Below, piece after piece: positions 9,464 through 18,567 of a stretch of 64,000 bases of DNA; within the stretch, counting starts at the first letter, position 1; every line of letters starts with the position of its first letter. Source of the stretch: an uncultured Chloroflexia bacterium (GTDB lineage: Bacteria; Chloroflexota; Limnocylindria; Limnocylindrales; CSP1-4). The notes under the pieces were generated by a model. That model was not told the DNA's origin. It did not search any database and saw nothing but the letters and a program-made list of their open reading frames with translations. Location of the stretch: NCBI GenBank assembly GCA_963712745.1, contig CAVQJC010000017.1, positions 32,001-96,000 of the forward strand, written 5' to 3'. The position numbers were made by a program, and so were the translations under genes.

Positions 9464-10530
9464 CGCCATCCGAGCCATCGGAGCCCGCCGTGTTGCCCCC
9501 GCTGCCGCCCGAGCCGATGACGATGGCGTAGTCGCCGCTGAGAGCGCCGGCCGCGAGCACCTTGCGCGCGTAGCCGCCCCCACCGCCACCACCGGCACAG
9601 GAGGCCTCGTTGGTCCCGGTGTCGTCACCGCCACCCCCACCGCCCCCGCCGCCGACGACCTCCACGACGATGTGGCTGAAGGCGTCATCGGTGGGCTTGG
9701 ACCACGTGTCGTCCGAGGTGTAGACATGGACGACCGGCGGGGTCGGGGTGTCACCGCTCAGCAGGATGCGCTTGCGTGGGACCGAGGTGTCGATGCCCAG
9801 CCACAGCGCCTGCACCACACCTGCGCCATCGACCTCGCAGACGAGCAGGCGGGCGTCGGGGTTCGACGCGATGAGCTCCGCCGCCGGCAGGTACAGCGAG
9901 CCGCCGAGCAGGTCGACCTTGTCACTGAGCCCGTCGTTGCCCGGCACGAGCGTGCCGTCGGGCTCGACCCGCCAGGCCTCGGACATGTCAGCCGCGCCGT
10001 CGTTCACCGAGAGCACGAGCGCGGTCGGCATGTCACCAGCTCCGGGGCTGCCGTCGACCTCCGCGTGGATGGCCGCGCCGTCGACCTGCGTCGCGCCATC
10101 GCGCCCGGTGAAGAGGACGCGCCCCAGCGTGTCCCCGTCCTGCACGGCCGCGTCCGCCGCGCGCAGACGGCTCAGCGTCTCCTGCGGGAAGCCCGCATCG
10201 GCCCGGACCACCTGCTCGACATGGTTGGCGTAGACGACGTCGAATGGGGTCGCCCAGGCGCCGAGCGCGTGCGTGTCAGGGGTGTCCGGCTCGAGGTCGC
10301 CGGCGAGGTCCCGACTGCCGTCGGCGCGCAGGTACTGGCTGTGGTCGTCATCGGCAAGACCGGAGAGGGCACCATGGTCGCTCGAGCCACCAGGTGGGGT
10401 GGCGAAGGCCCCGTCCCCGCGCAGGAACTCGGCGGTGCTGCCCGAGAGCTTCCGCAGCAGGCCGTGCCGGCTGGTGCTGGCATCGAGCTCGGTCGTGTCG
10501 TCGGGTGCCGCCAGGTCGTCGAGCTTGACC
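9438..10530 (-). pseudogene. Phage tail-fibre-like protein fragment, truncated at both ends
   Basis: Open frame with no start codon: KLDDLAAPDD..DHGALSGLADDDHSQYL..VEVVGGGGGGGGG..GGGGGGGYARK; fused into repeat A. Confidence 0.75.
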
Positions 10531-10558
10531 GGATACTCAGGACAGGCCGCTCGTCTGG

Positions 10559-12574
10559 TCAGGCGTTCTTCGTGTTGGTGGACCGCAGGACCGCCACGCC
10601 TTGACGCCCCAAGGGCAGCACACCGACCACCTGCTTGCTGGTAAGAAGATCGACATAGGCCGCCCCTTCGAGGTCCACGGTCACAGCTTCGTCCCCGCAG
10701 TTGACGACGAAGACATACGTCAGGTCATCGCTCTTCCTCTCGAGCAGCTCCACTCCAGGTGGGATGCCCGGAGGCCCGCTGACGCCGGCCTGAGCCAGCG
10801 CCAAACCGAGCACATGCTTCATGGCCAGCCTATCCGGAAGTGTGCCGAGGTACCAGGCGTGCCCTTCGCCCTTGGCGCACCGCGTGACCGCGGGAACGCC
10901 GCCCAGCGGCAAATCCTCGAAACTCGCGACGACCTCAGCGCTGTCGATCTCGATAGCCTCGCGCCAGATGGTCGCGCGATGCCGCGTGCCGTCCGCGAAG
11001 GCGATCCCGACATCGCCGCGCGGAACCGGCCACCACTCCCGCACGGTGATCCCGAGGAGTTCCCGGAGCTGCGTCGGATGGCCGCCGTGGTCCCGCTCGT
11101 AGTTGGGCCGGACGATGCCGCTGAATGGACCGATCACGACGACCCCGCCACGCTCCACGTAATGCGTGAGGTTCAGCACGGACGCATCGCTCAACAGGAA
11201 CAGGTTCGGCACGATTGCGACGCGATAAGAGGACAGATCGTCCTCGGGATGGCGCATGTCGACACCGAGGCTCGCGGACCGAAGCGGGCGGTACATGGCC
11301 AGGGCCAAGTCCCGGAACCGCATCCTGTCGGTGGGATGACCCTCGAACTCCAATGCCCACCAGCTTTCCCAGTCGACCAACAGCGCGACGTCCGCCGGCG
11401 CGCAGCGCGTTCCGGCGACCTCAGCGAGCCCCTCCAGGTCGGTCCCGAGCCGTACCGTGGCCGCCCAGCCCGGGGCCATCTCGCCCCCGGGCGGGAGCAT
11501 GGAGCTGTGGAGCATCTCGGGGCCGCTTCGCGACCCCCGCCACTGGAAGAACATGATGCCGTCGGCACCGGCGCCGACGGCCTGCAGGCTGCGCCGACGT
11601 ACCACGGCCGGGTCCACGGGCGGGTTCAGAGGGCGCCAGTCGACCGCGCTCGGTGCCTGCTCCATGACCAGCCAGGGCCGCCCGCCTCCTAGCGACCGCA
11701 TCAGATCGTAGGTGAAGGCAGTCTCCATGTCCGCATCCGGATCGAGCGGGTCGGGGTAGATGTCGCAGGAGATGGCGTCCTGTGCTCGTGCAAACCGCCA
11801 GTGGTCGAGCCCTGCGTTCGGCCGCATGAAGTTCGTGGTTGTGGGGATCCCTGGCGAGAGTCGGTGGAGGATGTTCCGCTCGCGCTCGAAGCACTCGAGC
11901 AACGCATCGGACGAGAAGCGGCGGTAGTCCAGCTTCAGGGACGGTCGCAAGGGCCCCGGTGCGGCACGCGGCGGCATGACCTCTGCCCACTCGCTGTAGC
12001 GACCACTCCAGACGTCGGTGTTCCAGGCCTCGTTCAATGCCTCGACAGAGCCATAGTTGACCTCCAGCCACGAACGGAAGTGCTCCGCCGAGCGGTCACA
12101 GAAGCACTGTTCGACGTGGTCTCCGTACTCGTTGCCGACGTGCCACATGGCCAGAGCCGGGTGTGAGCCGTAGCGCTCGGCCATGCGAGTGACGAGCTCC
12201 GCTACGGCGGCGGCGAAGTCTGGCGAGCTGGGGCACACATGCTGTCGGCTGCCGATCGACAGTCGCGTCCCGCGCTCGTCGACGGGCAGCGACCCCGGGT
12301 AGCGCAGCGAGAACCAGGGCGGCGGCGTCGCGGTCGCGGTAGCCAGGTCCACCGCGATCTCGCTCGCATGGAGCAGATCGAGCACCCGGTCGAGCCAGCC
12401 GAAGTCCCACGTCTCCGGTTCGGGCTGAAGGCGTGACCAGGCGAATACGCCCACGCTGACCATCGTCACGCTGGCCTCTCGCATCAAGCGAACATCCTCC
12501 AGCCACACGTGCTCGGGCCATTGCTCCGGGTTGTAGTCGCCCCCGTAGAGGATGCCTGGGCGCCGAATGCTCAT
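10559..12574 (-). CDS. Beta-galactosidase, GH42
   Basis: YGGDYNPEQWP, WHVGNEYG (acid/base), WLVMEQ (nucleophile), FFQWR. Confidence 0.95.
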   Translation of the reverse strand: MSIRRPGILYGGDYNPEQWPEHVWLEDVRLMREASVTMVSVGVFAWSRLQPEPETWDFGWLDRVLDLLHASEIAVDLATATATPPPWFSLRYPGSLPVDERGTRLSIGSRQHVCPSSPDFAAAVAELVTRMAERYGSHPALAMWHVGNEYGDHVEQCFCDRSAEHFRSWLEVNYGSVEALNEAWNTDVWSGRYSEWAEVMPPRAAPGPLRPSLKLDYRRFSSDALLECFERERNILHRLSPGIPTTTNFMRPNAGLDHWRFARAQDAISCDIYPDPLDPDADMETAFTYDLMRSLGGGRPWLVMEQAPSAVDWRPLNPPVDPAVVRRRSLQAVGAGADGIMFFQWRGSRSGPEMLHSSMLPPGGEMAPGWAATVRLGTDLEGLAEVAGTRCAPADVALLVDWESWWALEFEGHPTDRMRFRDLALAMYRPLRSASLGVDMRHPEDDLSSYRVAIVPNLFLLSDASVLNLTHYVERGGVVVIGPFSGIVRPNYERDHGGHPTQLRELLGITVREWWPVPRGDVGIAFADGTRHRATIWREAIEIDSAEVVASFEDLPLGGVPAVTRCAKGEGHAWYLGTLPDRLAMKHVLGLALAQAGVSGPPGIPPGVELLERKSDDLTYVFVVNCGDEAVTVDLEGAAYVDLLTSKQVVGVLPLGRQGVAVLRSTNTKNA

Positions 12575-12744
12575 CGGTCACGAACCTTTCGACTTCGCAT
12601 GTTCATAGCCGGAATCTTCCGATATCGTAGCCAAGCTGGGCTCACGGCCTTATGATAGGTTTCCAAGTCCTAACACTAGCGCAAGACATGAGAGCCACGG
12701 CGCCGTCGCCGCCACCGAGCCAGACCGCAGAGCGAGGACATCGT

Positions 12745-14148
12745 ATGGACCAAGGATCCACGCCGCCCAGGACGCACCCGTACATCCCCAATTCTGAACC
12801 TCGGCAGAAGGCCTCCATGCTCGAGGCCGTGAGCGCGAGGTCGGTGGACGAGCTCTACGGGGAGATCCCAGCGCGCTTGCGGCTTGAGCGGCCGCTCGAC
12901 CTGCCAGCTCCATACAGGAGCGAAGCGGAGCTCGTCCGGCACGTGGGCGGACTGATCGACCGGAACCGCTCCACGCGCGAGGCCATCAGCTTCCTTGGCG
13001 CTGGCTGCTATGACCATCACGTGCCTGCGGTATGTGACGAAGTCGCCGGCCGGGCCGAGTTCCTCACGGCCTACGCCGGTGAGCCGTACGAGGACCATGG
13101 CCGTTTCCAGGCGCTGTTCGAGTACGCGTCCATGATGGGCGAGCTGTTGGAGATGGACGTCGTCAACGTGCCTGTATACGACGGCTACCAGGCGGCCGCG
13201 ACCGCGCTGCGCATGGCCGCGCGCGCGACTGGCCGGGACCACCTGGTCATCGCCAGCTCCATCAGTCCCGAGGAGCTCTCGAAGATCAGGGACTATGTTC
13301 GTCCCGACCTCGAGTTGGATGCCCTCGCCGTGGACGGTGCGACCGGCGAGGTGGACATTGCGGCCCTCGAGCGGATCATCAGCGACCGCACCGCGGCCGT
13401 GCTCATCAAACAGCCCTCCTATCTCGGCATCGTGGAGACACGCGGACGGGCGGTCGTGGAGCTCGCTCACGAGCGGGGAGCCATGGTCGTGGCCTCGGTC
13501 GACCCGTCCACACTCGGCGTCCTGGCCACGCCGGCCGCGACCGGTGTCGACATCGCCTGCGGGGACATCCAGCCGCTCGGCATACATCAGCACTTCGGGG
13601 GCGGCCATGCCGGCTTCATCGCCTCGGCGGATGACCCGCACATCGTGGAGCAGTACCCCTCGCGTCTGTTCGGCGTGGCACCGACGTCCGTGGAGGGCGA
13701 ATACGGCTTCGGCGACGTGGCCTACGAGCGCACCTCCTTCGCGGTACGGGAGGAGGGCAACGAGTGGGTCGGCACTGCCGCCGCGCTGTGGGGCATCACC
13801 GCTGGCGTCTATCTGGCGCTCATGGGCCCACAAGGTATGACCGAGCTGGGTGAACGCATGATGGCACGGACCCGCTATGCCATGGAGCGTCTGGCAGAGC
13901 TGCCAGGAGTGTCCGTCCCGTTCGCGGCCAGCCACCACATCAAGGAGTTCGTGGTCGACTTCGAGGGTACTGGTCACACCGTGGCCGACATCAACGCCAG
14001 CCTGCTGCGCCTCGGCATCTTCGGTGGCAGGGATCTGTCGACCGAAGCGGGCCAGTCCGGACAGCGCGCCCTCTACGCCGTGACCGAGATACGCAGCCAG
14101 TCAGACATCGACAGACTCGTCGAAGCCGTCGGGGAGGCCATCCGATGA
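12745..14148 (+). CDS. gcvPA: Glycine dehydrogenase P-protein alpha-subunit homolog (divergent)
   Basis: HPYIPN, FLGAGCYDHHVPAV, EFLTAY, QALFEY, YDG; GAGGA RBS. Confidence 0.9.
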   Translation: MDQGSTPPRTHPYIPNSEPRQKASMLEAVSARSVDELYGEIPARLRLERPLDLPAPYRSEAELVRHVGGLIDRNRSTREAISFLGAGCYDHHVPAVCDEVAGRAEFLTAYAGEPYEDHGRFQALFEYASMMGELLEMDVVNVPVYDGYQAAATALRMAARATGRDHLVIASSISPEELSKIRDYVRPDLELDALAVDGATGEVDIAALERIISDRTAAVLIKQPSYLGIVETRGRAVVELAHERGAMVVASVDPSTLGVLATPAATGVDIACGDIQPLGIHQHFGGGHAGFIASADDPHIVEQYPSRLFGVAPTSVEGEYGFGDVAYERTSFAVREEGNEWVGTAAALWGITAGVYLALMGPQGMTELGERMMARTRYAMERLAELPGVSVPFAASHHIKEFVVDFEGTGHTVADINASLLRLGIFGGRDLSTEAGQSGQRALYAVTEIRSQSDIDRLVEAVGEAIR

Positions 14149-15764
14149 CCACCGGGCAAGCCTCCTCGGCTATCGCCGCCAAGCCCATGCCTCGTCGCTT
14201 CCACCAGGCCAGCTGGGATGAACCCATCATCTTCGAGCTCTCGACGCCCGGTGCGCGTGGCGTCCTCCTACCAGAGTTGGAGGCAGGCATCGTCGAGCGC
14301 GTGGGTGACCCCGCTGCGGCCCTGCCGGCAGGTGTTCGCCGCGAGCGGCCGCCGGCCCTGCCCGAGCTGGCGCAGATCCACGTCGTCCGTCACTACGCGA
14401 GGTTGTCCCAGGAGACACTGGGAGTCGACCTCAACATCGACATCGGACAGGGCACGTGCACGATGAAGTACTCGCCCAAGGTCAACGACCAGCTCGTCCG
14501 GAGCCATCGCATCGCCGACGTGCATCCGCTTCAGGACGAGTCCACCGTGCAAGGGGCCCTAGGGATCATGTGGCACACCGAGCAGTTCCTGCGCGAGATC
14601 TCTGGCATGGACCGGGTCACCCTGCATCCGGGCGCGGGCAGTGCTGCCATCTGGACCAACGTGGCCATGATCCGCGCCTACCACGAGGCTCGCGGGGACG
14701 GGGCTCGCCGGGACGAGATCATCACGACCGCCTTCAGCCACCCCTCCAATGCCGCCTGTGCCAAGACGGCGGGGTACACGGTCATCACGCTCCAGCCGGA
14801 CCCGGTCACCGGGCGACCGACGCTCGAAGCGCTGCAGGCCGCGGTCTCGGAACGGACGGCGGCCTTGCTAATCACCAACCCCGAGGACACAGGCATCTTC
14901 AACCCCGACATCGACCGCTTCGTCGAGGTCGTCCATGCGGCCGGTGGCTTGAGTGCCTACGACCAGGCCAACGCCAATGGCATCCTGGGCATCACGCGTG
15001 CGCGCGATGCGGGCTTCGACCTCTGCCACTTCAACCTGCACAAGACGTTCTCGACGCCGCACGCGTGCGGCGGTCCGGCCGCGGGTGCATGCGGAGTGAC
15101 CATGGAGCTGGCGCCTTTCCTGCCCTCGCCGACCGTGGAGCGCGCGGGCGACCGCTTCTACCTGGATCGAGACCGGCCTCACAGCATCGGCTCCGTCCGT
15201 CCGTGGTACGGGGTCACGCCAAACATCGTGCGTGCCTATGCCTGGATCATGAACCTTGGTGCGGACGGCCTTCGAGAGGTCGCCGAGATCGCAGTCCTCA
15301 ACAACAACTATCTCCTGCAGCGAGTCCTCGCCATCAAGGGCGTCACAGCCCCCTACTCGCAGGGCAAGCGTCGCATCGAGCAGGTCCGCTACAGCTGGCA
15401 GGAGCTCGCCGAGGAGACCGATGTCCATTCGGAGGAGATGGCCGTCCGGATGGCTGACTTCGGCACCCACTACTGGACCAGCCACCACCCCTTCGTGGTG
15501 CCAGAGCCGATGACGCTGGAGCCCACCGAGGCATACTCACGAGCTGATCTCGATGAGTACGCTGCGATGTTGGGCGCCGTCGCGGGGGAGGCATACGAGA
15601 CACCGGAGGTCATCCATTCCGCGCCGCATCGTAGTACCGTCCATCAGGTCGAGCCGAGCTGGTTTGACGACCCTGCGCGATGGGCTGTGACGTGGCGAGC
15701 CTACAAGCGCAAGCACCTGAGAGCGATGCCGGCGCGCGTCGGTGCAGCGGGCCGCGATGGCTGA
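14145..15764 (+). CDS. gcvPB: Glycine dehydrogenase P-protein beta-subunit homolog (divergent), PLP-dependent
   Basis: GTCTMKYSPK, HPSNAA, ITNPEDTG, PLP-lysine motif HFNLHKTFSTPH, EPTE. Confidence 0.9.
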   Translation: MTTGQASSAIAAKPMPRRFHQASWDEPIIFELSTPGARGVLLPELEAGIVERVGDPAAALPAGVRRERPPALPELAQIHVVRHYARLSQETLGVDLNIDIGQGTCTMKYSPKVNDQLVRSHRIADVHPLQDESTVQGALGIMWHTEQFLREISGMDRVTLHPGAGSAAIWTNVAMIRAYHEARGDGARRDEIITTAFSHPSNAACAKTAGYTVITLQPDPVTGRPTLEALQAAVSERTAALLITNPEDTGIFNPDIDRFVEVVHAAGGLSAYDQANANGILGITRARDAGFDLCHFNLHKTFSTPHACGGPAAGACGVTMELAPFLPSPTVERAGDRFYLDRDRPHSIGSVRPWYGVTPNIVRAYAWIMNLGADGLREVAEIAVLNNNYLLQRVLAIKGVTAPYSQGKRRIEQVRYSWQELAEETDVHSEEMAVRMADFGTHYWTSHHPFVVPEPMTLEPTEAYSRADLDEYAAMLGAVAGEAYETPEVIHSAPHRSTVHQVEPSWFDDPARWAVTWRAYKRKHLRAMPARVGAAGRDG

Positions 15765-16920
15765 TGCTGTCGACCCCGCAGCTGAGGCCACGCTTGGGCT
15801 CCTGGTGAACCCCATCGCCGGCATGGGCGGCCGAGTCGGCCTGAAGGGCACTGACGGAGCGGCCGTGCTGGCCCAGGCGCGCGCACTCGGGGCCAAGCCC
15901 CTGGCCGGCGAGCGCGCGAGGTCCGCGCTGCAGGAGTTCTTGCGGACCTGGCCGACACACCGTCCACGGCCGCGCCTGGTCACCGCCGAGGGCCCGATGG
16001 GCCAGGCTGTCGCCGATGCCGCCGGGTTCCCCGCCGAGACCATCGGGGCCGTGACCACACCGACCAGCGCCGATGACACTCGCCGGGCCGCAGCGGCGCT
16101 GCGTGAGGCGGGGGCGGAGTTGCTGCTCTTCGCCGGAGGGGACGGCACGGCTCGCGACGTCAGCAGCGTGATCGACCGTGAGTTGCCGGCCCTCGGCATC
16201 CCGGCCGGCGTCAAGATCCAATCCGCTGCCTTCGCGGCGAGCCCTCGCGCGGGAGGCGCGCTGGCTGCCGCCTTCCTGGCCGGTCGCGAGCGGCAGACCG
16301 AGGACCGGGAGGTCGTCGATCTGGACGAGGCTGCCTACCGCGAGGGCCACATCCGACCGCGACTCCACGGCTACTTGCAGGTGCCTCGGGGACCAGCGGT
16401 CCAGTCGCGCAAGTCGCCGACACCCGCCTCGGAGCGCGAGGCCATGAACGGCATCGCCGGGGCTCTCCTCGAGTCGTACCGTGATGGCCATCGACTCGTC
16501 CTCGGTCCGGGGACCACCACACGCGCGGTGGCTGACCTGCTGGGCCTGCCGAAGACGCTGGTCGGGGTCGACGTGGTCGCTCGGACCGGTGACCGGGGAA
16601 AGCTTCTGGTCGCTGATGCGACCGAGACCGATCTGTTGCGGATCGCCAGGGAGGGGCCGGTCACCATCGTACTCACGCCCATCGGGGGGCAGGGTTTCCT
16701 GCTCGGTCGTGGCAATCAGCAGATCAGCCCTGCGGTCATCCACACCGCAGGCATCGACGCGATCACGATCGTGGCCACGCCCTCCAAGCTGGCCGCCCTA
16801 GCCGGCCGACCGCTTCTCGTCGACACGGGTGACGAGGAGCTTGATGCGCAGCTCAGCGGCCACGCGAGGGTGTTCAGTGGCCGCTACGACCGCGCCATCG
16901 TCGAAGTCGCGGCCGCATGA
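15757..16920 (+). CDS. ATP-NAD kinase/AcoX-like family protein
   Basis: LLVNPIAGMGGRVGLKGTDG, FAGGDGTARD, GIPAGVK, GPGTT, GGQGFLLGRGNQQISP. Confidence 0.9.
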   Translation: MADAVDPAAEATLGLLVNPIAGMGGRVGLKGTDGAAVLAQARALGAKPLAGERARSALQEFLRTWPTHRPRPRLVTAEGPMGQAVADAAGFPAETIGAVTTPTSADDTRRAAAALREAGAELLLFAGGDGTARDVSSVIDRELPALGIPAGVKIQSAAFAASPRAGGALAAAFLAGRERQTEDREVVDLDEAAYREGHIRPRLHGYLQVPRGPAVQSRKSPTPASEREAMNGIAGALLESYRDGHRLVLGPGTTTRAVADLLGLPKTLVGVDVVARTGDRGKLLVADATETDLLRIAREGPVTIVLTPIGGQGFLLGRGNQQISPAVIHTAGIDAITIVATPSKLAALAGRPLLVDTGDEELDAQLSGHARVFSGRYDRAIVEVAAA

Positions 16921-16972
16921 ACCCGCTCGACCACGATCGATCGACGTTGACCCCTACGGACAGGAGGACGAG

Positions 16973-17734
16973 ATGACAGCGATGGCAGGCAAACGAGCAC
17001 TGGTGACCGGAGCCGGCTCGGGCATGGGTCGGGCGACGTCGGAGTTGCTGGCCTCGGAAGGGGCGAGCGTCGTGCTCGCGGACATCGACATCGAGGCTGC
17101 TTCCGAGGTCGCCGATGCCATCGCCGCTGCGGGAGGCCGCGCCGTGGCCGTGGTCTGCGACGTGTCCTCCAGTCCGGAGGTGAGGCAGGCCGTGGAAAAG
17201 GCTGTGCACGAGTTCGGGGGCCTCGATGTCGTGGTCAATTGCGCCGGCATCATCCGTCGCGCCAACGTGGTCGAGACCACCGAGGAGGAGTGGGACCGGG
17301 TGATGGCAGTGAACGTCGGCTCGGTCTTCCTGCTGGGCAAGCACGCAGTCCCGGTGATGGCGGCGGGCGGCGGCGGCTCCATCATCAACATCAGCTCGGG
17401 CTGGGGCCTCAAGGGTGGCCCCGATGCTTCCAGCTACTGTGCGTCCAAGGGAGCGGTCGTCAACCTCACACGTGCCATGGCCATCGACCACGGCCCGCAG
17501 AACATCCGCGTCAACTGCATCTGCCCCGGCGACACCGACACCCCGATGCTGCGATCGGAGGCTCGCCAGCTCGGGCTTGACGAGGAGGCCTTCCTGGAGG
17601 ACTCGGCGGACCGGCCCATCAAGCGGCTGGGCACGGGACTGGATATCGCTCGTGCGGTCCGCTTCTTCGCCTCCGACGAGTCCACCTGGGTGACCGGCTC
17701 GACGCTCGTCGTCGACGGTGGCGGGCTAGCCTAG
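16973..17734 (+). CDS. Short-chain dehydrogenase/reductase (SDR)
   Basis: TGAGSGMG, NCAG, YCASK, PGDTDTPM. Confidence 0.95.
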   Translation: MTAMAGKRALVTGAGSGMGRATSELLASEGASVVLADIDIEAASEVADAIAAAGGRAVAVVCDVSSSPEVRQAVEKAVHEFGGLDVVVNCAGIIRRANVVETTEEEWDRVMAVNVGSVFLLGKHAVPVMAAGGGGSIINISSGWGLKGGPDASSYCASKGAVVNLTRAMAIDHGPQNIRVNCICPGDTDTPMLRSEARQLGLDEEAFLEDSADRPIKRLGTGLDIARAVRFFASDESTWVTGSTLVVDGGGLA

Positions 17735-17738
17735 GGCC

Positions 17739-18551
17739 ATGACCGAACGCAATGGGGACAGCATCGGCGGCGGCCTCTCCACGCGGGCTCGACGTGAGCG
17801 CGTGGCGGAGGCCATCCGGCGTTCCAAGTACACCTCGGTCACCGACCTTGCCGCGGCGTTCGACGTCTCAGAGGTCACCATCCGCAACGACCTCGACCGG
17901 CTCGAGGAGGCCGGCCAGGTGCGCCGAGTGCGCGGCGGAGCCGTCCACCAGGTGGCCGGCACCCTCGAGGTCAGCTTCGAGCAGGACGCCGACACGATGG
18001 CCGGCGAGAAGGCGGCGATCGGCGAGCGAGCCGCCAGCCTGGTCGCCAGCGGGGAGACCGTCATGCTCGACATCGGCTCCACCGTGGCGGCGGTCGCCCG
18101 TGCCATCGCCCGTCGCACCGATCTGGCCGATGTCACGGTCATCACCAACGGCATCCGTGTGGCGCTCGAACTCGAAGCGGCAGAAGGGGGTGTCTCGGTG
18201 CTCGTCACGGGCGGCACCTTGCGAAGCCTGCAGCACTCCCTGGTGAACCCCTTCGGCACGGTCCTGCTCGAACAGTTGCACGCGCACACGGCCATCGTCA
18301 GCTGCAACGGCATCGATGCACGCGCGGGTGTCACCAACACCAACGTCGGCGAGGCCGAGGTGAAACGTCTCATGCTCAAGGCCGGCAGGCAGCGGGTCGT
18401 CGTGGCCGACGGTTCCAAGGTCGGTCAGGTGAGCTTGGTCCACGTCAGCCCGACCGACGACGTCGACATCGTGATCACCGACAGCTCGGCCGACCCCGCG
18501 GCCGTGGCGGCACTGCGTGAGCGCGGAGTCGACGTCCAGATCGTCGAGTGA
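17739..18551 (+). CDS. DeoR/GlpR (AgaR-like) transcriptional regulator
   Basis: FDVSEVTIRNDLDRLE HTH, RVRGGA, LDIGST, ADGSK. Confidence 0.95.
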   Translation: MTERNGDSIGGGLSTRARRERVAEAIRRSKYTSVTDLAAAFDVSEVTIRNDLDRLEEAGQVRRVRGGAVHQVAGTLEVSFEQDADTMAGEKAAIGERAASLVASGETVMLDIGSTVAAVARAIARRTDLADVTVITNGIRVALELEAAEGGVSVLVTGGTLRSLQHSLVNPFGTVLLEQLHAHTAIVSCNGIDARAGVTNTNVGEAEVKRLMLKAGRQRVVVADGSKVGQVSLVHVSPTDDVDIVITDSSADPAAVAALRERGVDVQIVE

Positions 18552-18567
18552 TCCTCCCGGCCTGACG

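Noticed and set aside
12745-15764. Complete canonical glycine cleavage system or glycine riboswitch
   Set aside because: gcvT and gcvH are absent from the window, and the ~170-bp divergent leader shows no tandem aptamer I can recognise
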